Part shown: in pieces, positions 54,167 to 64,000 of the stretch | Numbering within the stretch: position 1 is the stretch's first letter | Layout of the letters: each line of letters opens with the position of its first letter | Origin: Elusimicrobiota bacterium | GTDB lineage: Bacteria > Elusimicrobiota > Elusimicrobia > JACQPE01 | Length of the DNA stretch: 64,000 nucleotides | Assembly: GCA_016180815.1 (NCBI GenBank) | Contig: JACPAN010000010.1 | Coordinates: forward strand, 15,913-79,912 | Direction: 5' to 3' | The notes under the pieces: model-generated | Databases searched by the model: none | What the model was told of the DNA's origin: nothing | The model's input: the letters and a program-made list of their open reading frames with translations, nothing else | Translations under genes and position numbers: made by a program

Positions 54167-55626
54167 CCCCCCATATCTTTCAGCGCCCGGCGTATGCGCG
54201 AGCGCGCTTTGGCCGTCTTAACGAATTTTAGCCAATCCTCATTGGGCCGCGCGTTCTTCCTGACCAAAACTTCGCAAATATCGCCGCTTTTTAATTCCGA
54301 GTCCAGACGCACGATTCTGCCGCTGACCTTGGCCCCAATGCAGCGGCTGCCGACATCCGTGTGAACCGCAAAGGCGAAATCAACAGGGGTGGCTCCCTCC
54401 GGCAGGGCTTTGACTTCCATGCGCGGCGTAAACACGAAAATTTGATGAACTTTCAGCTCCGTCTTTAAACTCTCCAAAAACTCGGACGGATTTTTAAGCT
54501 CCTGAAGCCAATCCAGCCACTCGCGCAGCCAGCGGATGCTGGCCTCCAAATCCTTTTCGCGGATTTTTTCGGCGCTGGCAAGCTTGTATTTCCAATGAGC
54601 CGCGATGCCGTATTCGGCGCGCTTGTGCATTTCCTCGTTGCGGATTTGGACCTCGACGACTTTATCCCCCGGACCGTAAATACTGGTGTGGATGCTTTGA
54701 TAAAGGTTCGCCTTGGGTTGAGCGATATAATCCGTGAAGCTGCCGGGCACGGGCCTGTAGCTTGAATGGGTTTCGCCCAGGATTGAATAGCAATTGCCGA
54801 CCGTGTCGGTGATGATGCGTATGCCCATGGCGTCTTCGATTTCATCAAGGCGTTTATTCTGCCTGAGCGTTTTCTGATAAATCGAATACACGTGTTTGGG
54901 GCGGAAGGTAAACCTAAAAGGAATCTCCAGCCCCTTGATTTTATCGGACAGCTCTCCGGCGAATTGCTTTAAATATTCCTCGCGCCGGGTCATACGCTTA
55001 TCGAGCTCGTTGGAAATATCCCTGAAAAGTTCGGGCTCCAAGATAGAAAACGCCAGGTCCTCGAGTTCTGATTTAACGCCGAACATGCCGAGGCGATCCG
55101 CGATCGGCGCATAAAGGGTTGCGGTCTCCTGGGCGATGCGCTTCTGATCCTCCTGCGACAGGAAGCGGATCGTGCGCATATTGTGCAGCCGGTCGGCCAG
55201 CTTGATCAAGACCACGCGGATATCCTTGGCCATGGCCAAGAGCATCTTGCGCCAGTTCTCGGCCTGAAATTCGGTCAGGCTGGAAAATTTCAAACGGTCG
55301 ATTTTGGTCACGCCGTCGACCAACATGGCGATTTCCTCGCCGAACTCTTTTTTCAATTGCTCATAGGAAACGCCGGAATCTTCAATGCAATCATGAAGAA
55401 GCCCCGCGCAAATCGTGGCCAAATCCAGCCTCAAATCGAGCAAAATATTGGAAACAGCCAGGCAGTGGATAAAATAGGGCTCTTCGCTGGCGCGCTTCTG
55501 GGTTTTATGGCATTCGCAGGAGAATCCGTAGGCGCGTTCCAGCAAAACGGTGTCGGACTGGGGAGAATAGGCTTTAAATCGATCGACGAGCTTAATCAGG
55601 TCTTCGGTGATTTCCTCCATGATCAC
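54163..55626 (-). CDS. Short RelA/SpoT-family (p)ppGpp synthetase/hydrolase (HD + synthetase + TGS, no C-terminal ACT region)
   Basis: HD motif HDCIED and the synthetase region (YRPVPGSFTDYIAQPKANLYQSIHTSI), then a TGS-like region. 487 aa against about 700-750 aa for a full-length Rel. Confidence 0.8.
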   Translation of the reverse strand: MIMEEITEDLIKLVDRFKAYSPQSDTVLLERAYGFSCECHKTQKRASEEPYFIHCLAVSNILLDLRLDLATICAGLLHDCIEDSGVSYEQLKKEFGEEIAMLVDGVTKIDRLKFSSLTEFQAENWRKMLLAMAKDIRVVLIKLADRLHNMRTIRFLSQEDQKRIAQETATLYAPIADRLGMFGVKSELEDLAFSILEPELFRDISNELDKRMTRREEYLKQFAGELSDKIKGLEIPFRFTFRPKHVYSIYQKTLRQNKRLDEIEDAMGIRIITDTVGNCYSILGETHSSYRPVPGSFTDYIAQPKANLYQSIHTSIYGPGDKVVEVQIRNEEMHKRAEYGIAAHWKYKLASAEKIREKDLEASIRWLREWLDWLQELKNPSEFLESLKTELKVHQIFVFTPRMEVKALPEGATPVDFAFAVHTDVGSRCIGAKVSGRIVRLDSELKSGDICEVLVRKNARPNEDWLKFVKTAKARSRIRRALKDMGG

Positions 55627-55633
55627 CCTTTGC

Positions 55634-56356
55634 TCATTGATGATGGAAGAACCGCAGGAAGGCGGACATGGACGCCAAGCCGCCCAAAAAATAAACGAAA
55701 CAAGAAGGATCTTTGAGCCGGTGGAGGCGCGGCAGAATATCGCTGGCGCCCACGTAAATCAGGCTGCCGGCGGAAAAACCTACGAAAAAATTCAGCACGC
55801 CGGGCTCCGACGCGGTATACGGCAAAATGAGGGATGTCAGCATGGCTCCCGCCGGCGTCGCCAAGGTGATGGCGATGACGCTGCCCAGGCTGCTCCAGAA
55901 TCCTGTCTTCAGTTCCGATTCGAATAGCGCCAGCATGGTCATGGCATCCGCAAATTTGTGGACGGCCATGCCCGCGAACACGCTCCAGAACGCCGCCTCG
56001 CCGAGCTCGCCGGAAACGCCCAGAATCACGCCGTCGAGCAAGCTGTGAAACATCAGGGCCAAAGCGGTCAAACCCGAAACCCCATGAACATGGCATTCTT
56101 CCAAGTACTCGGGGCAAGAATGCGCCACCGCGTAGCTTTCAAGCGTAAAAAAGAAAGCAAAGCCGGAAATCGCGCCCATCAAAGGCCATTTACCGACGGA
56201 AGGAACCAAAAGATTGAATCCGCTCACTAAAAGAGTGGCGCTGCCGAACGCCAGCACGCGCCACAGCTCTTTGCGGGACCACGGGCGCAGCTTATAGAGC
56301 CCCCCGGCCAATAAAGCGCTGCCGGTCAGGCTGGTGGCTAAGAGCGCGATCGTCAT
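55634..56356 (-). CDS. ZIP-family metal transporter (ZupT-like)
   Basis: Polytopic protein with HSLLDGV and HKFADAMT motifs. Confidence 0.8.
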   Translation of the reverse strand: MTIALLATSLTGSALLAGGLYKLRPWSRKELWRVLAFGSATLLVSGFNLLVPSVGKWPLMGAISGFAFFFTLESYAVAHSCPEYLEECHVHGVSGLTALALMFHSLLDGVILGVSGELGEAAFWSVFAGMAVHKFADAMTMLALFESELKTGFWSSLGSVIAITLATPAGAMLTSLILPYTASEPGVLNFFVGFSAGSLIYVGASDILPRLHRLKDPSCFVYFLGGLASMSAFLRFFHHQ

Positions 56357-58101
56357 CAGGCCCTCATCAACGCAGCCAAACGGCCGGATTCTCCGGACAT
56401 AAGTTTAGGCAGCGTCGTCTCTTCGATAATGCGGCCGCGCTCGATCACGACGATCCGGCCCGTATTGACCAGCGTTTGAATGCGATGGCTGATCACGATG
56501 GCGGTCTTGCCTTTTAAAAGATTTCCCAAAGCCGCCAGGACAAGCTCTTCGGATTCGGGATCAAGATTGCTGGTGGCTTCGTCTAAAATCAAGATCGGCG
56601 CCTGTTTCAAAACCGCGCGCGCGATGGCGATGCGCTGGCGCTGGCCGGCGGACAGTTGCATGCCCCGTTCTCCGGCCACTGTTTCAAGCCCCCGGGGCAA
56701 ACGCTGGATGAATTCCCAGGCATTGGCCGCCTTAGCCGCGGCCTCGATTTCACCGGGGCCGGCTTGAGGGTTGCCGATGGCGATATTCGCGGCAATGGTA
56801 TCGTCGAATAAGAACGCGTCTTGGGTCACGAACGCGAACAATTTTCTTAATGAAGAGATATCCCAATCCCTGATATTTCGCCCATCAATGAGAATAGCGC
56901 CCCGGGTGGGATCGTAAAATCGGGCCAACAGCATGGCCAATGTTGACTTGCCGGAGCCGCTGGGCCCGGCCAGCCCCAGAACTTCTCCCTTGCTGATTTT
57001 CAAATCGATGCCCTCAAGCGCGCCGCGCCCGTCGGGATAAATCAAATGAACATCCTCAAAAACGATGCCGGAACAAAATTCGCCATCGCGCGCAGACGGT
57101 TGCTCAAGACCGGCCACGATGCCGATGGGCGCGTTTTTGACCTGCGCCACCCGGGACCAACTGGCCAAACCAAGTTGAATAATCGAATTGACTTGCGACA
57201 AATGCTTGATGGGCTGATAAGCGGCGAACGACGCGCCTAAGAAAGCGAGGAAATCGCCTGCGCTCCAGGAACCCCGGATCACCTCAATACCGCCCCACCA
57301 AAGCACCCAGGTAATCACCACGCCGCTTAAAAACTCCATCAACGATGGAGAAAGCGCGGTCAGGCGCTGGAATTTAACCATGGCCTTGTAATAATCGTGA
57401 TTCTGCCTGCTGAAACGCCCCAGCCACGCGCGCTCGTAGAGATAAATCTTAATCATGGTCAGCCCGTCGATGGCTTCGGCGATAATCGAATAAACGCCGG
57501 CAATCAGTTCTTGGGCCCGGTAAGTCACGCGGCGCAGGCTTTTCGTAAAGGTGACGAAAATAAGCGCAAAAACCGGGATGGTAAACAACAACAAGGCCGC
57601 AAAACGCGCGTTGAGATAAAAAATCAGCGCCAAAAGAAAAACGACCGTCAAGCCGTCCCTCAAGGCGAAGAGCGGGACGTTCATGGTCATATTCGCCACG
57701 GCCGCGATATCATTGGTGGCTCGCGACAGCAAATCGCTGCTTTTGTTGCGGTTATGAAAGGCATGGTCTTGAAGCAGCAGGCGCCCGACCAACTCTTCCC
57801 GGATGTCGCGGGCGATGCCGTGGCCGATTTTGGTGATCAAATAGTTCAAAAAATAAGAAAAAACGCCTTTGGCTAAAAAAATTCCGGGCACGATCCATGC
57901 AAGATCGCGCAGCATGTCCACGTCTTTGTCGATAAAAATCTGATCGATGATGGGTTTGATCAAACCCATGGACACGGACGACAATAGAGCCACGACGCCC
58001 ATGCTGAAAGCTGCGAACGAAAAATCGTCCCATCGTCCGCGCATGTAGGGAAAGAGCTCGCGCCAATCAGACGGTTTGTGTTCCACTGATTTTTGCTCCA
58101 A
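56356..58101 (-). CDS. msbA: ABC transporter ATP-binding/permease, MsbA-like lipid A exporter
   Basis: Six-TM domain plus NBD (GPSGSGKST; LSAGQRQRIAIARA; ILILDEATS). Located in the lpx cluster. Confidence 0.85.
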   Translation of the reverse strand: MEQKSVEHKPSDWRELFPYMRGRWDDFSFAAFSMGVVALLSSVSMGLIKPIIDQIFIDKDVDMLRDLAWIVPGIFLAKGVFSYFLNYLITKIGHGIARDIREELVGRLLLQDHAFHNRNKSSDLLSRATNDIAAVANMTMNVPLFALRDGLTVVFLLALIFYLNARFAALLLFTIPVFALIFVTFTKSLRRVTYRAQELIAGVYSIIAEAIDGLTMIKIYLYERAWLGRFSRQNHDYYKAMVKFQRLTALSPSLMEFLSGVVITWVLWWGGIEVIRGSWSAGDFLAFLGASFAAYQPIKHLSQVNSIIQLGLASWSRVAQVKNAPIGIVAGLEQPSARDGEFCSGIVFEDVHLIYPDGRGALEGIDLKISKGEVLGLAGPSGSGKSTLAMLLARFYDPTRGAILIDGRNIRDWDISSLRKLFAFVTQDAFLFDDTIAANIAIGNPQAGPGEIEAAAKAANAWEFIQRLPRGLETVAGERGMQLSAGQRQRIAIARAVLKQAPILILDEATSNLDPESEELVLAALGNLLKGKTAIVISHRIQTLVNTGRIVVIERGRIIEETTLPKLMSGESGRLAALMRA

Positions 58102-59266
58102 GCAAACGGAAAACAGCCTCTTGAGCGGCCCGGCGCGGGGATTGCCCCTGCGGCAGCAACGAGTCCGCCAATCCGGAAAGATTGCCGCGCAGGGCTGCCA
58201 GGCGCTCCGGCGCTTTCAAAAGCTCGATCGCGGCGGCGGACATGTCCCGCGCCGCGCGCGCGTCGTTTTCAGGATTCATGGCCCAAGGCAGTTCGCGGCA
58301 GATCTCGCTTCCCGCCAAAATATTCGGCATGCCGATAAAAGGCGTTTTAACGATGCGCTTGACGATATGAAAGAGCCATGCCGGGCGCACCCCATAGTAA
58401 ATAACCATGGGCACCCCTAGAACCATGTTCTCCAGAGAAGCCAGCCCGCTGGCGCATAACGCCAAATCGCAGGCATGGCGGCTTTGATAAGCGGGGCCCC
58501 ACTCTGCGGCAACGCCCATGGCCGCAAGGTCGCCATCGGACGGATAGAGGCGCTCTTGACCCAGGCGTTTGTAAAGAATGCCCCGGGCCTGCGGGAACTC
58601 CTCGCAGATCAAACGCCAAGATTTCAGAAGGACATCCATGTGCCTGGCGATTTCTCCGGGACGGCTGCCGGGAAGCAACCCGATGCGCGGCCGGTCGCTC
58701 ATGGATGCCGGGCGATGGCCGTTGACCGCGACGTTCTCGGCGTGAACATCCCGAAACTCCAAGCTCAACAGCTCCACGATGGGGTGACCGACAAAAGTCG
58801 CGGGAAGCCCGTGCTTCTTATAGAAATCCGGCTCAAATGGAAAAACGCACAGAACATGATCCACCAAACGCTTCATTCTCTTGATCCGGCCCGGCCGGCT
58901 GGCCCATAATTGAGGCGAAACATAATAAACCACCGGATAACCCAATTTTTTTGCTTGCGCCGCCAGACGGATATTAAATCCATAAAAATCCACGGGAATA
59001 ACCATATCGAAAGCATGCCTCTTGAGAATGTCCCGAAGCCGCCTATTGAGATTGGCCAGGAAAGGAAGTTTTCTGATGGGTTCAAGCCAGCCCATCAGAC
59101 CGCGGGAAGCCAAATCTTCCAAAAAAACGTCCGATGTCGCCGCTAATTCAGGTCCGCCTAAAGCCCAAATTTCGACATCAGGGCGCTGCTTTTTGATCTC
59201 CCGAACCAGGTGCGAGGCGATCAGGTCCCCGGAAGGGTCGCCCGCGCTAACGAGCAGCCGCAGCAT
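58067..59266 (-). CDS. lpxB: Lipid-A-disaccharide synthase
   Basis: MLRLLVSAGDPSGD is the LpxB N-terminus. Confidence 0.9.
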   Translation of the reverse strand: MLRLLVSAGDPSGDLIASHLVREIKKQRPDVEIWALGGPELAATSDVFLEDLASRGLMGWLEPIRKLPFLANLNRRLRDILKRHAFDMVIPVDFYGFNIRLAAQAKKLGYPVVYYVSPQLWASRPGRIKRMKRLVDHVLCVFPFEPDFYKKHGLPATFVGHPIVELLSLEFRDVHAENVAVNGHRPASMSDRPRIGLLPGSRPGEIARHMDVLLKSWRLICEEFPQARGILYKRLGQERLYPSDGDLAAMGVAAEWGPAYQSRHACDLALCASGLASLENMVLGVPMVIYYGVRPAWLFHIVKRIVKTPFIGMPNILAGSEICRELPWAMNPENDARAARDMSAAAIELLKAPERLAALRGNLSGLADSLLPQGQSPRRAAQEAVFRLLGAKISGTQTV

Positions 59267-60188
59267 ACGGACTCGCCGCAGAGTAAAGATTCTTGCGATC
59301 GATGGAGTGATTCAACTGCAGGGCCAATTCCAAGGCATCCCAGGCTTCCCTAGGGTGCACCTCGTGGCCGGAGCTTTGCGTGATGGAATCGATGAAATGC
59401 TGCAATTCCTGCCTTAAGGGATTGGTGGCCGGCAGCTTTGGTTTGATGGTGGTGATATCTTTGAGGCTTTTCAGCGGCAGGCGCATGGCCTTTGAGTAGC
59501 GCAGTTTATGATTCAACAGGTCGAGCGAAAGATAGGATTCCTCTTGAAATATCCTCATCTTCCTCAAACGTTCAAATGAAAGCCTGTTGGCGGTCAGATC
59601 AACAAACACAGGATACCCAGCCTTTCGCTCTTTGAAACGCAAACGAACCTTGGCCAAGTCTTCATGAGGCGAAATCAAAGACAACCCCTGGCCGCTGTAT
59701 TCCTCCAACTGCACGTCAAGATCGGAAAGAATCCACAAAATAAGATCGAGATCGTGAATCATCAAATCCAGAATGACCCCGATGTCGTGAACTCTGGGTT
59801 CATAGGGCCCTGAACGGACAACCTCGATAAACAGCGGCCGCGCAATGAGTTCCTTGGCTTTAACGATGGTCGGGTTGAACCGCTCGATATGCCCGATATG
59901 CAAATGCGTGGATGTTCCCTGGCCGGCCCAAAGAATCTTGCTGACGGCATCCACATGTCCGAGCATCTGTTTGTAATCGGAAAAATGGCGGGCTTCGGGA
60001 TGAATGTGCTTGGCCCGGCGGATTCTTTTAGCGTCCGTATCCGAAATGCCGCGCACACAAACTTTTGGGGTCAGGGTTTTGAGGACCTCAAGATGTAGCG
60101 TCCCCATGCGTCCGAGGCCGATGACCCCGTAGCGCAACGAAGATTCTTTCCCGTTGTTTAGCAATGAAGATCCGGGTGTTTCAGACAA
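59247..60188 (-). CDS. Gfo/Idh/MocA-family oxidoreductase embedded in the lipid A cluster (GnnA-like position)
   Basis: LRYGVIGLGRMGTLH Rossmann start. The annotated ORF begins with TTG, and the true start may lie at an internal TTG nearer the Rossmann motif. Confidence 0.6.
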   Translation of the reverse strand: MSETPGSSLLNNGKESSLRYGVIGLGRMGTLHLEVLKTLTPKVCVRGISDTDAKRIRRAKHIHPEARHFSDYKQMLGHVDAVSKILWAGQGTSTHLHIGHIERFNPTIVKAKELIARPLFIEVVRSGPYEPRVHDIGVILDLMIHDLDLILWILSDLDVQLEEYSGQGLSLISPHEDLAKVRLRFKERKAGYPVFVDLTANRLSFERLRKMRIFQEESYLSLDLLNHKLRYSKAMRLPLKSLKDITTIKPKLPATNPLRQELQHFIDSITQSSGHEVHPREAWDALELALQLNHSIDRKNLYSAASPYAAAAR

Positions 60189-60282
60189 TATTCAGGTCCT
60201 GTATTTTGATTAAAAAGGGAGGATAAGAGCCCCTTTTCGACTCCATAAAAACCTGAATAATTATACCATCTGCGTTTAATGA

Positions 60283-61125
60283 TTAATCTTTCGAAATACC
60301 GTAAATAGCGATCCCCAGGCGCTCGGCCAAACTCAGGGTTTTTTCCTTTTCCATAATCAGGGTCCAGCCGGATTCGGCCGCCAGGCAGACGGCACCGGCG
60401 TCATGGGCGATTTTAATGGTTTGGACGCCCAAAACAGGCAGGTCGAAACGGGGGTCCTGGCCGGGCCTGGCGACCTTGACGATGGTGAAACTTTTCTTGT
60501 CTCCCCCGCCTCGCCGGCGAAGAATTTCCCCCGCCCGCCGGATGCATTCATCCGTCCCTTCCAAAGCCTCCGCAGCCACAACCACCCCGTTGCGCACGCA
60601 GCAAGTCAGGCCGATGTCAAGCCGGGCCAACTCTTTGGCGGACGTGAAACCGCCCTCAATGTCTTTGAGTTGATTCGCGTCCGGCTTCAGGCGGCCGGCC
60701 GGGCCGGGCTTCAACAAATCCGGCTCAAGGTAGCTAAACGCAGGCAGCACCTTCATGCCGTCTTTTTCGATTTCACCGATGATCGCGGTCAACAGCGTAT
60801 TGGCCCGTCTATTGTTGAGCGAAGCCAGCATTTTCAACGCCCGTGGATCGAGCATGAGTTTAAGTTTTTCCTTGGCGCCCAAGGCATGGGCATGATCCAC
60901 ATTGCCCGCCAAAATCACCCCTTGAACGCCTTCGTTTCGAAAAAAACGCAGCATTTTAGAAAGCTCGCCGAGGCTGACCCATAAAAAAGCGTCCGAGTTG
61001 TTCTCCATGTCCGGGGATGTCATGGATTTTAAAGCGGCCGTGACCACTTTGACGCCCCGGGCGCGCGCCCGTTGGGCCAAATGAACGGGGTAGATTCCGC
61101 CTCCGGCGATCAGGCCAAGGATCAT
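60283..61125 (-). CDS. lpxI: UDP-2,3-diacylglucosamine hydrolase LpxI (DUF1009)
   Basis: 280 aa with ILGLIAGGGIYP and a C-terminal LpxI-like region. It sits between lpxA and lpxB, where LpxI is found in lineages lacking LpxH. Confidence 0.7.
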   Translation of the reverse strand: MILGLIAGGGIYPVHLAQRARARGVKVVTAALKSMTSPDMENNSDAFLWVSLGELSKMLRFFRNEGVQGVILAGNVDHAHALGAKEKLKLMLDPRALKMLASLNNRRANTLLTAIIGEIEKDGMKVLPAFSYLEPDLLKPGPAGRLKPDANQLKDIEGGFTSAKELARLDIGLTCCVRNGVVVAAEALEGTDECIRRAGEILRRRGGGDKKSFTIVKVARPGQDPRFDLPVLGVQTIKIAHDAGAVCLAAESGWTLIMEKEKTLSLAERLGIAIYGISKD

Positions 61126-61141
61126 ACTCTTAGAAGAAACG

Positions 61142-61963
61142 CTAAGAAACGACGGCTTCAGCCGCCTGAGCCGTTTTCTCCGGACGGGTGATGCCTCGCT
61201 TCGATGGGGCTTTTAGGAAATCGATCAAAGAGTGAAGCTCAGGGCCGGGATTCCCTTGTTCCAGAAGAACCAAAGCGTCCGCCAGCGGACGCCCGGAATG
61301 GAAAAGAGTTTCATAAGCTTTATGAATGGCCGATACTTGCGCGCGATTGAATCCGCGACGGCGCAAGCCGACCATATTGAGCCCCATCAGCTTGCCGCGA
61401 TTGCCCTCGATCATGGAAAAAGGAGGAGCGTCGCGCTCGACGCCGGTGGCTCCGCCCACCATCACCAAGGTTCCGACGCGCACGAATTGATGCACCGCGC
61501 TTAATCCGCCGATCATCACATAATCACCCAGCGTCACATGCCCGGCCAAGGCCGCGCAATTGACTAAAACCGCGCCGTTGCCGACCATGCAGTCATGAGC
61601 CACATGCGAATACGCCATGAAATAACAGTCGTTTCCGATGACCGTCGCGCCGTCGCCGCCGTCCGCCAGGGTCCCCCTGTTCAACGTCACGCACTCGCGC
61701 ACCACGCAGTTGTCACCCATGATGAGCTTGGTCGGCTCGTTGTTGTATTTGAAATCCTGAGGGGGCGTTCCCACCACGGCATGCGGGCTGATCCGGCAAT
61801 TCTTGCCGATGGCCGCGAACTCGACGACGCTATGCGAACCGATGGACGTTCCCGCGCCCACGGTCACGCCTTCACCGATAACGGCATAAGGCCCGATGCT
61901 GACCCCTTGTTCGATCCGAGCAGAGGGGTGGACGATGGCCGTGGGATGAATCATTGCCGTCAT
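61142..61963 (-). CDS. lpxA: Acyl-ACP--UDP-GlcNAc O-acyltransferase
   Basis: Left-handed beta-helix hexapeptide repeats starting IHPTAIVHPSA. Confidence 0.9.
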   Translation of the reverse strand: MTAMIHPTAIVHPSARIEQGVSIGPYAVIGEGVTVGAGTSIGSHSVVEFAAIGKNCRISPHAVVGTPPQDFKYNNEPTKLIMGDNCVVRECVTLNRGTLADGGDGATVIGNDCYFMAYSHVAHDCMVGNGAVLVNCAALAGHVTLGDYVMIGGLSAVHQFVRVGTLVMVGGATGVERDAPPFSMIEGNRGKLMGLNMVGLRRRGFNRAQVSAIHKAYETLFHSGRPLADALVLLEQGNPGPELHSLIDFLKAPSKRGITRPEKTAQAAEAVVS

Positions 61964-61966
61964 TGT

Positions 61967-62437
61967 TTATTTGTCGACCAAGGCGAATGTAAATTCCGCT
62001 TCGCAGGCGAGTTGCTGCCCGTCGATATAAGCCTCGCCCTTGGCTTTGCCGGCTCGCGAGCCGGCCCTCAAAACGTCGATGCGCAGCTCAAGGTAGCAGC
62101 CCGGAAAAACAGGCTGACGGAATTTAGCCTGCTCGATGCCCATAAAATACGCCAGTTTTCCGGCCATCTGCGGCGCGCCCAGCATCAAGGCGCAGGCGGT
62201 TTGAGCCAAGGCTTCGACGATCAGCACGCCCGGCATCACGGGCCGTTGGGGAAAATGCCCCTGGAAAAACGTTTCGTTGAACGTCACATATTTATAACCG
62301 TAGGCTTTTTTCCCTTCCTCAATAATCCTGACTCGATCCACCAGAAGAAATGGCCAGCGATGCGGGATGGCTTCGCGGATCGCCTGGATATTGAGCTCTC
62401 GAACCGCGGACGGCGTCGTCTCGGTCGTTGGTGTCAT
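61967..62437 (-). CDS. fabZ: 3-hydroxyacyl-ACP dehydratase
   Basis: Hot-dog fold with IPHRWPFLLVDRV ... HFPQRPVMPGVL. Confidence 0.9.
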   Translation of the reverse strand: MTPTTETTPSAVRELNIQAIREAIPHRWPFLLVDRVRIIEEGKKAYGYKYVTFNETFFQGHFPQRPVMPGVLIVEALAQTACALMLGAPQMAGKLAYFMGIEQAKFRQPVFPGCYLELRIDVLRAGSRAGKAKGEAYIDGQQLACEAEFTFALVDK

Positions 62438-63330
62438 GGCAACCTCCTCGTGAGATGTTCGCGGAGTCTACGAATAAACTCGGTGTTGGATTTATGGCTG
62501 GGAGCCATGGCGAAACAGCTGAAACGGTATTCGCCCGGTCCGATCAGGCTGATATCTCCGAAGAAATCCAAAATTTTATGGCGGACGAATTCATCCTTGT
62601 AGCGCAAGGGCTCGTTGACTTTCACCGCCTGAGAGCCGACGACAATGGTGTTGTCGAGGCTCCCCCCCTTGGCCAAGCCCGCCCGGCGCAATTCATCCAC
62701 CTCGGACTCGAGGCAAAACGTCCTGGCCCGCCCGATTTCCGAGGGATACGAACCGTTGGCGCAATGTTCCAACTCCTGAACGCCGATCAATGTTCCGGGA
62801 AAAGAGATGCTCACGCTCACCTTAAAAGCGTCCCACGGCAACACTTTGTAGCTGGAGAGCCCGATCGTGGCGACGAACGACTCCTTGCGGGCGTATTCCA
62901 GGATGGGACGGACGGCGTTCTCCTGAATCTTGACGCCCGCCTTGCCGATGGCCTCGATATAGGCCCAAGCCGAACCATCCATAGCCGGGATTTCTTCGCC
63001 GTCCACATCCACAAACGCATTGTCCACGCCCAATCCCCGAAAGGCGCTGAGCAAATGCTCGACCGTGTGGACGGCGACGTCCCCGACGCCCAACGTCGTT
63101 CCGCGTCTGGTGCCGATGACGTGTTCGACGAGCGCCGGAATGCTGACGCCTTTGGACTTAAAAACAATCCCTGTGTCGGCAGGCGCGGGCGACAGTTCGA
63201 CCGTCGTTTTCGTCCCGCTGTGAAGGCCGACGCCGGAAACGGCGACCGAATCCTTTAAGGTGGCTTGCTTGGCGAACCCTTGGGCCTCAACTGCCACGGC
63301 GGCCTCCGGTTTTAACTTTACCGTCGTCAT
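62434..63330 (-). CDS. lpxC: UDP-3-O-acyl-N-acetylglucosamine deacetylase
   Basis: HTVEHLLSA ... HKILDFFGD. Confidence 0.9.
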   Translation of the reverse strand: MTTVKLKPEAAVAVEAQGFAKQATLKDSVAVSGVGLHSGTKTTVELSPAPADTGIVFKSKGVSIPALVEHVIGTRRGTTLGVGDVAVHTVEHLLSAFRGLGVDNAFVDVDGEEIPAMDGSAWAYIEAIGKAGVKIQENAVRPILEYARKESFVATIGLSSYKVLPWDAFKVSVSISFPGTLIGVQELEHCANGSYPSEIGRARTFCLESEVDELRRAGLAKGGSLDNTIVVGSQAVKVNEPLRYKDEFVRHKILDFFGDISLIGPGEYRFSCFAMAPSHKSNTEFIRRLREHLTRRLP

Positions 63331-64000
63331 TGTCGAGCCCGGCGGCTTTCAATAATTTCTTAACGGACTCATAAATTTCAGGAAGTTTATTATAAAGAAC
63401 CTGGAGTTTGAGCGCTTCGCGATGATTGCGTGACGGGGTTCCCCAAAGAATATCCTTTTCCTTGACGTCGCTGATAATCCCGGCTTGCCCGCCGATCATC
63501 GTGCCGCCGGCGATACGGACGTGATCCCTGACCCCCACTTGCCCGCCCATCACCACATAATCGCCGACCGATGAAGAGCCCGCAATGCCCACTTGGGCCG
63601 CGAAGAGACAGCCCTTCCCGACGACGACGTTATGGGCGATTTGAATCTGATTGTCGATTTTCGACCCGTCGTTGATTTTGGTCGCGCCCACCGTAGCCCG
63701 GTCGATGGTCGTATTGGCGCCGATCTCCACGTCATTGCCGATCTCCACCGTGCCGATTTGGGGAATTTTTTCATGGCGGCCTTCCACAGTCACAAAACCG
63801 AATCCATCCGATCCGATGACCGCGCCGGAATGAATAATGGCGCGATCGCCGATTTTGCAGCGTTCGCGGATGACGGCCTGAGGATAAATGATGCAATGGG
63901 CGCCGATGCTCACATCGCGGCCGATAAAGCACTGCGGGTGAATAACCGTGCCGTCGCCGATCTCAACGCGATCCTCAATCACGGCCAGGGCCCCTACCGA
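63287..64000 (-). CDS. lpxD: UDP-3-O-acylglucosamine N-acyltransferase, N-terminus beyond window edge
   Basis: Hexapeptide repeats and a C-terminal helical tail. The reading frame continues to the window end, so the Met at 63982 is internal. Confidence 0.85.
   Translation of the reverse strand, partial: SVGALAVIEDRVEIGDGTVIHPQCFIGRDVSIGAHCIIYPQAVIRERCKIGDRAIIHSGAVIGSDGFGFVTVEGRHEKIPQIGTVEIGNDVEIGANTTIDRATVGATKINDGSKIDNQIQIAHNVVVGKGCLFAAQVGIAGSSSVGDYVVMGGQVGVRDHVRIAGGTMIGGQAGIISDVKEKDILWGTPSRNHREALKLQVLYNKLPEIYESVKKLLKAAGLDNDDGKVKTGGRRGS

Noticed and set aside
60403-63258. Plus-strand ORFs of 193, 335 and 276 aa across lpxI, lpxA, fabZ and lpxC
   Set aside because: All antisense to a tightly packed, strongly conserved lipid A operon.
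1-64000. CRISPR arrays, IS elements, integrases and prophage structural genes
   Set aside because: No direct-repeat/spacer periodicity, no transposase or integrase-like ORFs and no terminal inverted repeats were found by eye.

Overview
The window is high-GC (about 58-60 percent) DNA from a diderm bacterium, with genes packed almost entirely on the minus strand. I found no rRNA, tRNA, CRISPR array, integrase or transposase. From left to right it contains:

1. A complex I-like nuo operon in a cyclically permuted order: nuoJ-nuoK-antiporter-like subunit-[insert]-nuoL-like-nuoM-nuoN-nuoA-nuoB-nuoCD, running off the window start. On the same strand immediately upstream are acyl-CoA dehydrogenase-etfB-etfA and, further up, yceD-rpmF-plsX-fabG-acpP-rnc. 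The nuo operon is interrupted by a compositionally distinct 3.8-kb insert of about 45 percent GC. The insert encodes a 949-aa secreted beta-helix/C39-like peptidase protein and a TolB-like beta-propeller.
2. icd (isocitrate dehydrogenase, + strand) carrying a 4-Cys zinc-ribbon-like insertion next to the phosphorylation-loop serine.
3. A roughly 6.4-kb lower-GC accessory island (about 22.4-28.8 kb). It holds a DUF3052 gene and a leaderless four-gene cassette of unknown function (three paralogous small basic proteins plus a 263-aa protein) driven by a consensus sigma70 promoter. It also holds a DUF45 metalloprotease-Phd-VapC module, yefM-yoeB, yjbQ and a DUF559 endonuclease-domain gene.
4. A surface-polysaccharide cluster: GT4, UGM-like flavoenzyme, WecA-like transferase, heparinase II/III-like protein, bi-domain oxidoreductase, WecC-like dehydrogenase, flippase-like protein, GT2 and an O-antigen ligase-like protein.
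5. A type IV pilus cluster: pilQ, pilP, pilO, pilN, pilM, pilD, a secreted alpha/beta hydrolase, the pilin gene, pilC and pilT.
6. coaD, recG, rpmB (+ strand), a short relA/spoT homolog, a ZIP transporter, msbA, and a lipid A cluster: lpxB, a Gfo/Idh/MocA oxidoreductase, lpxI, lpxA, fabZ, lpxC and lpxD (partial).

The best candidate for a new system is the leaderless four-gene cassette at 23.0-25.0 kb. The Etf-linked, permuted, cargo-interrupted complex I-like operon is the second most interesting item.
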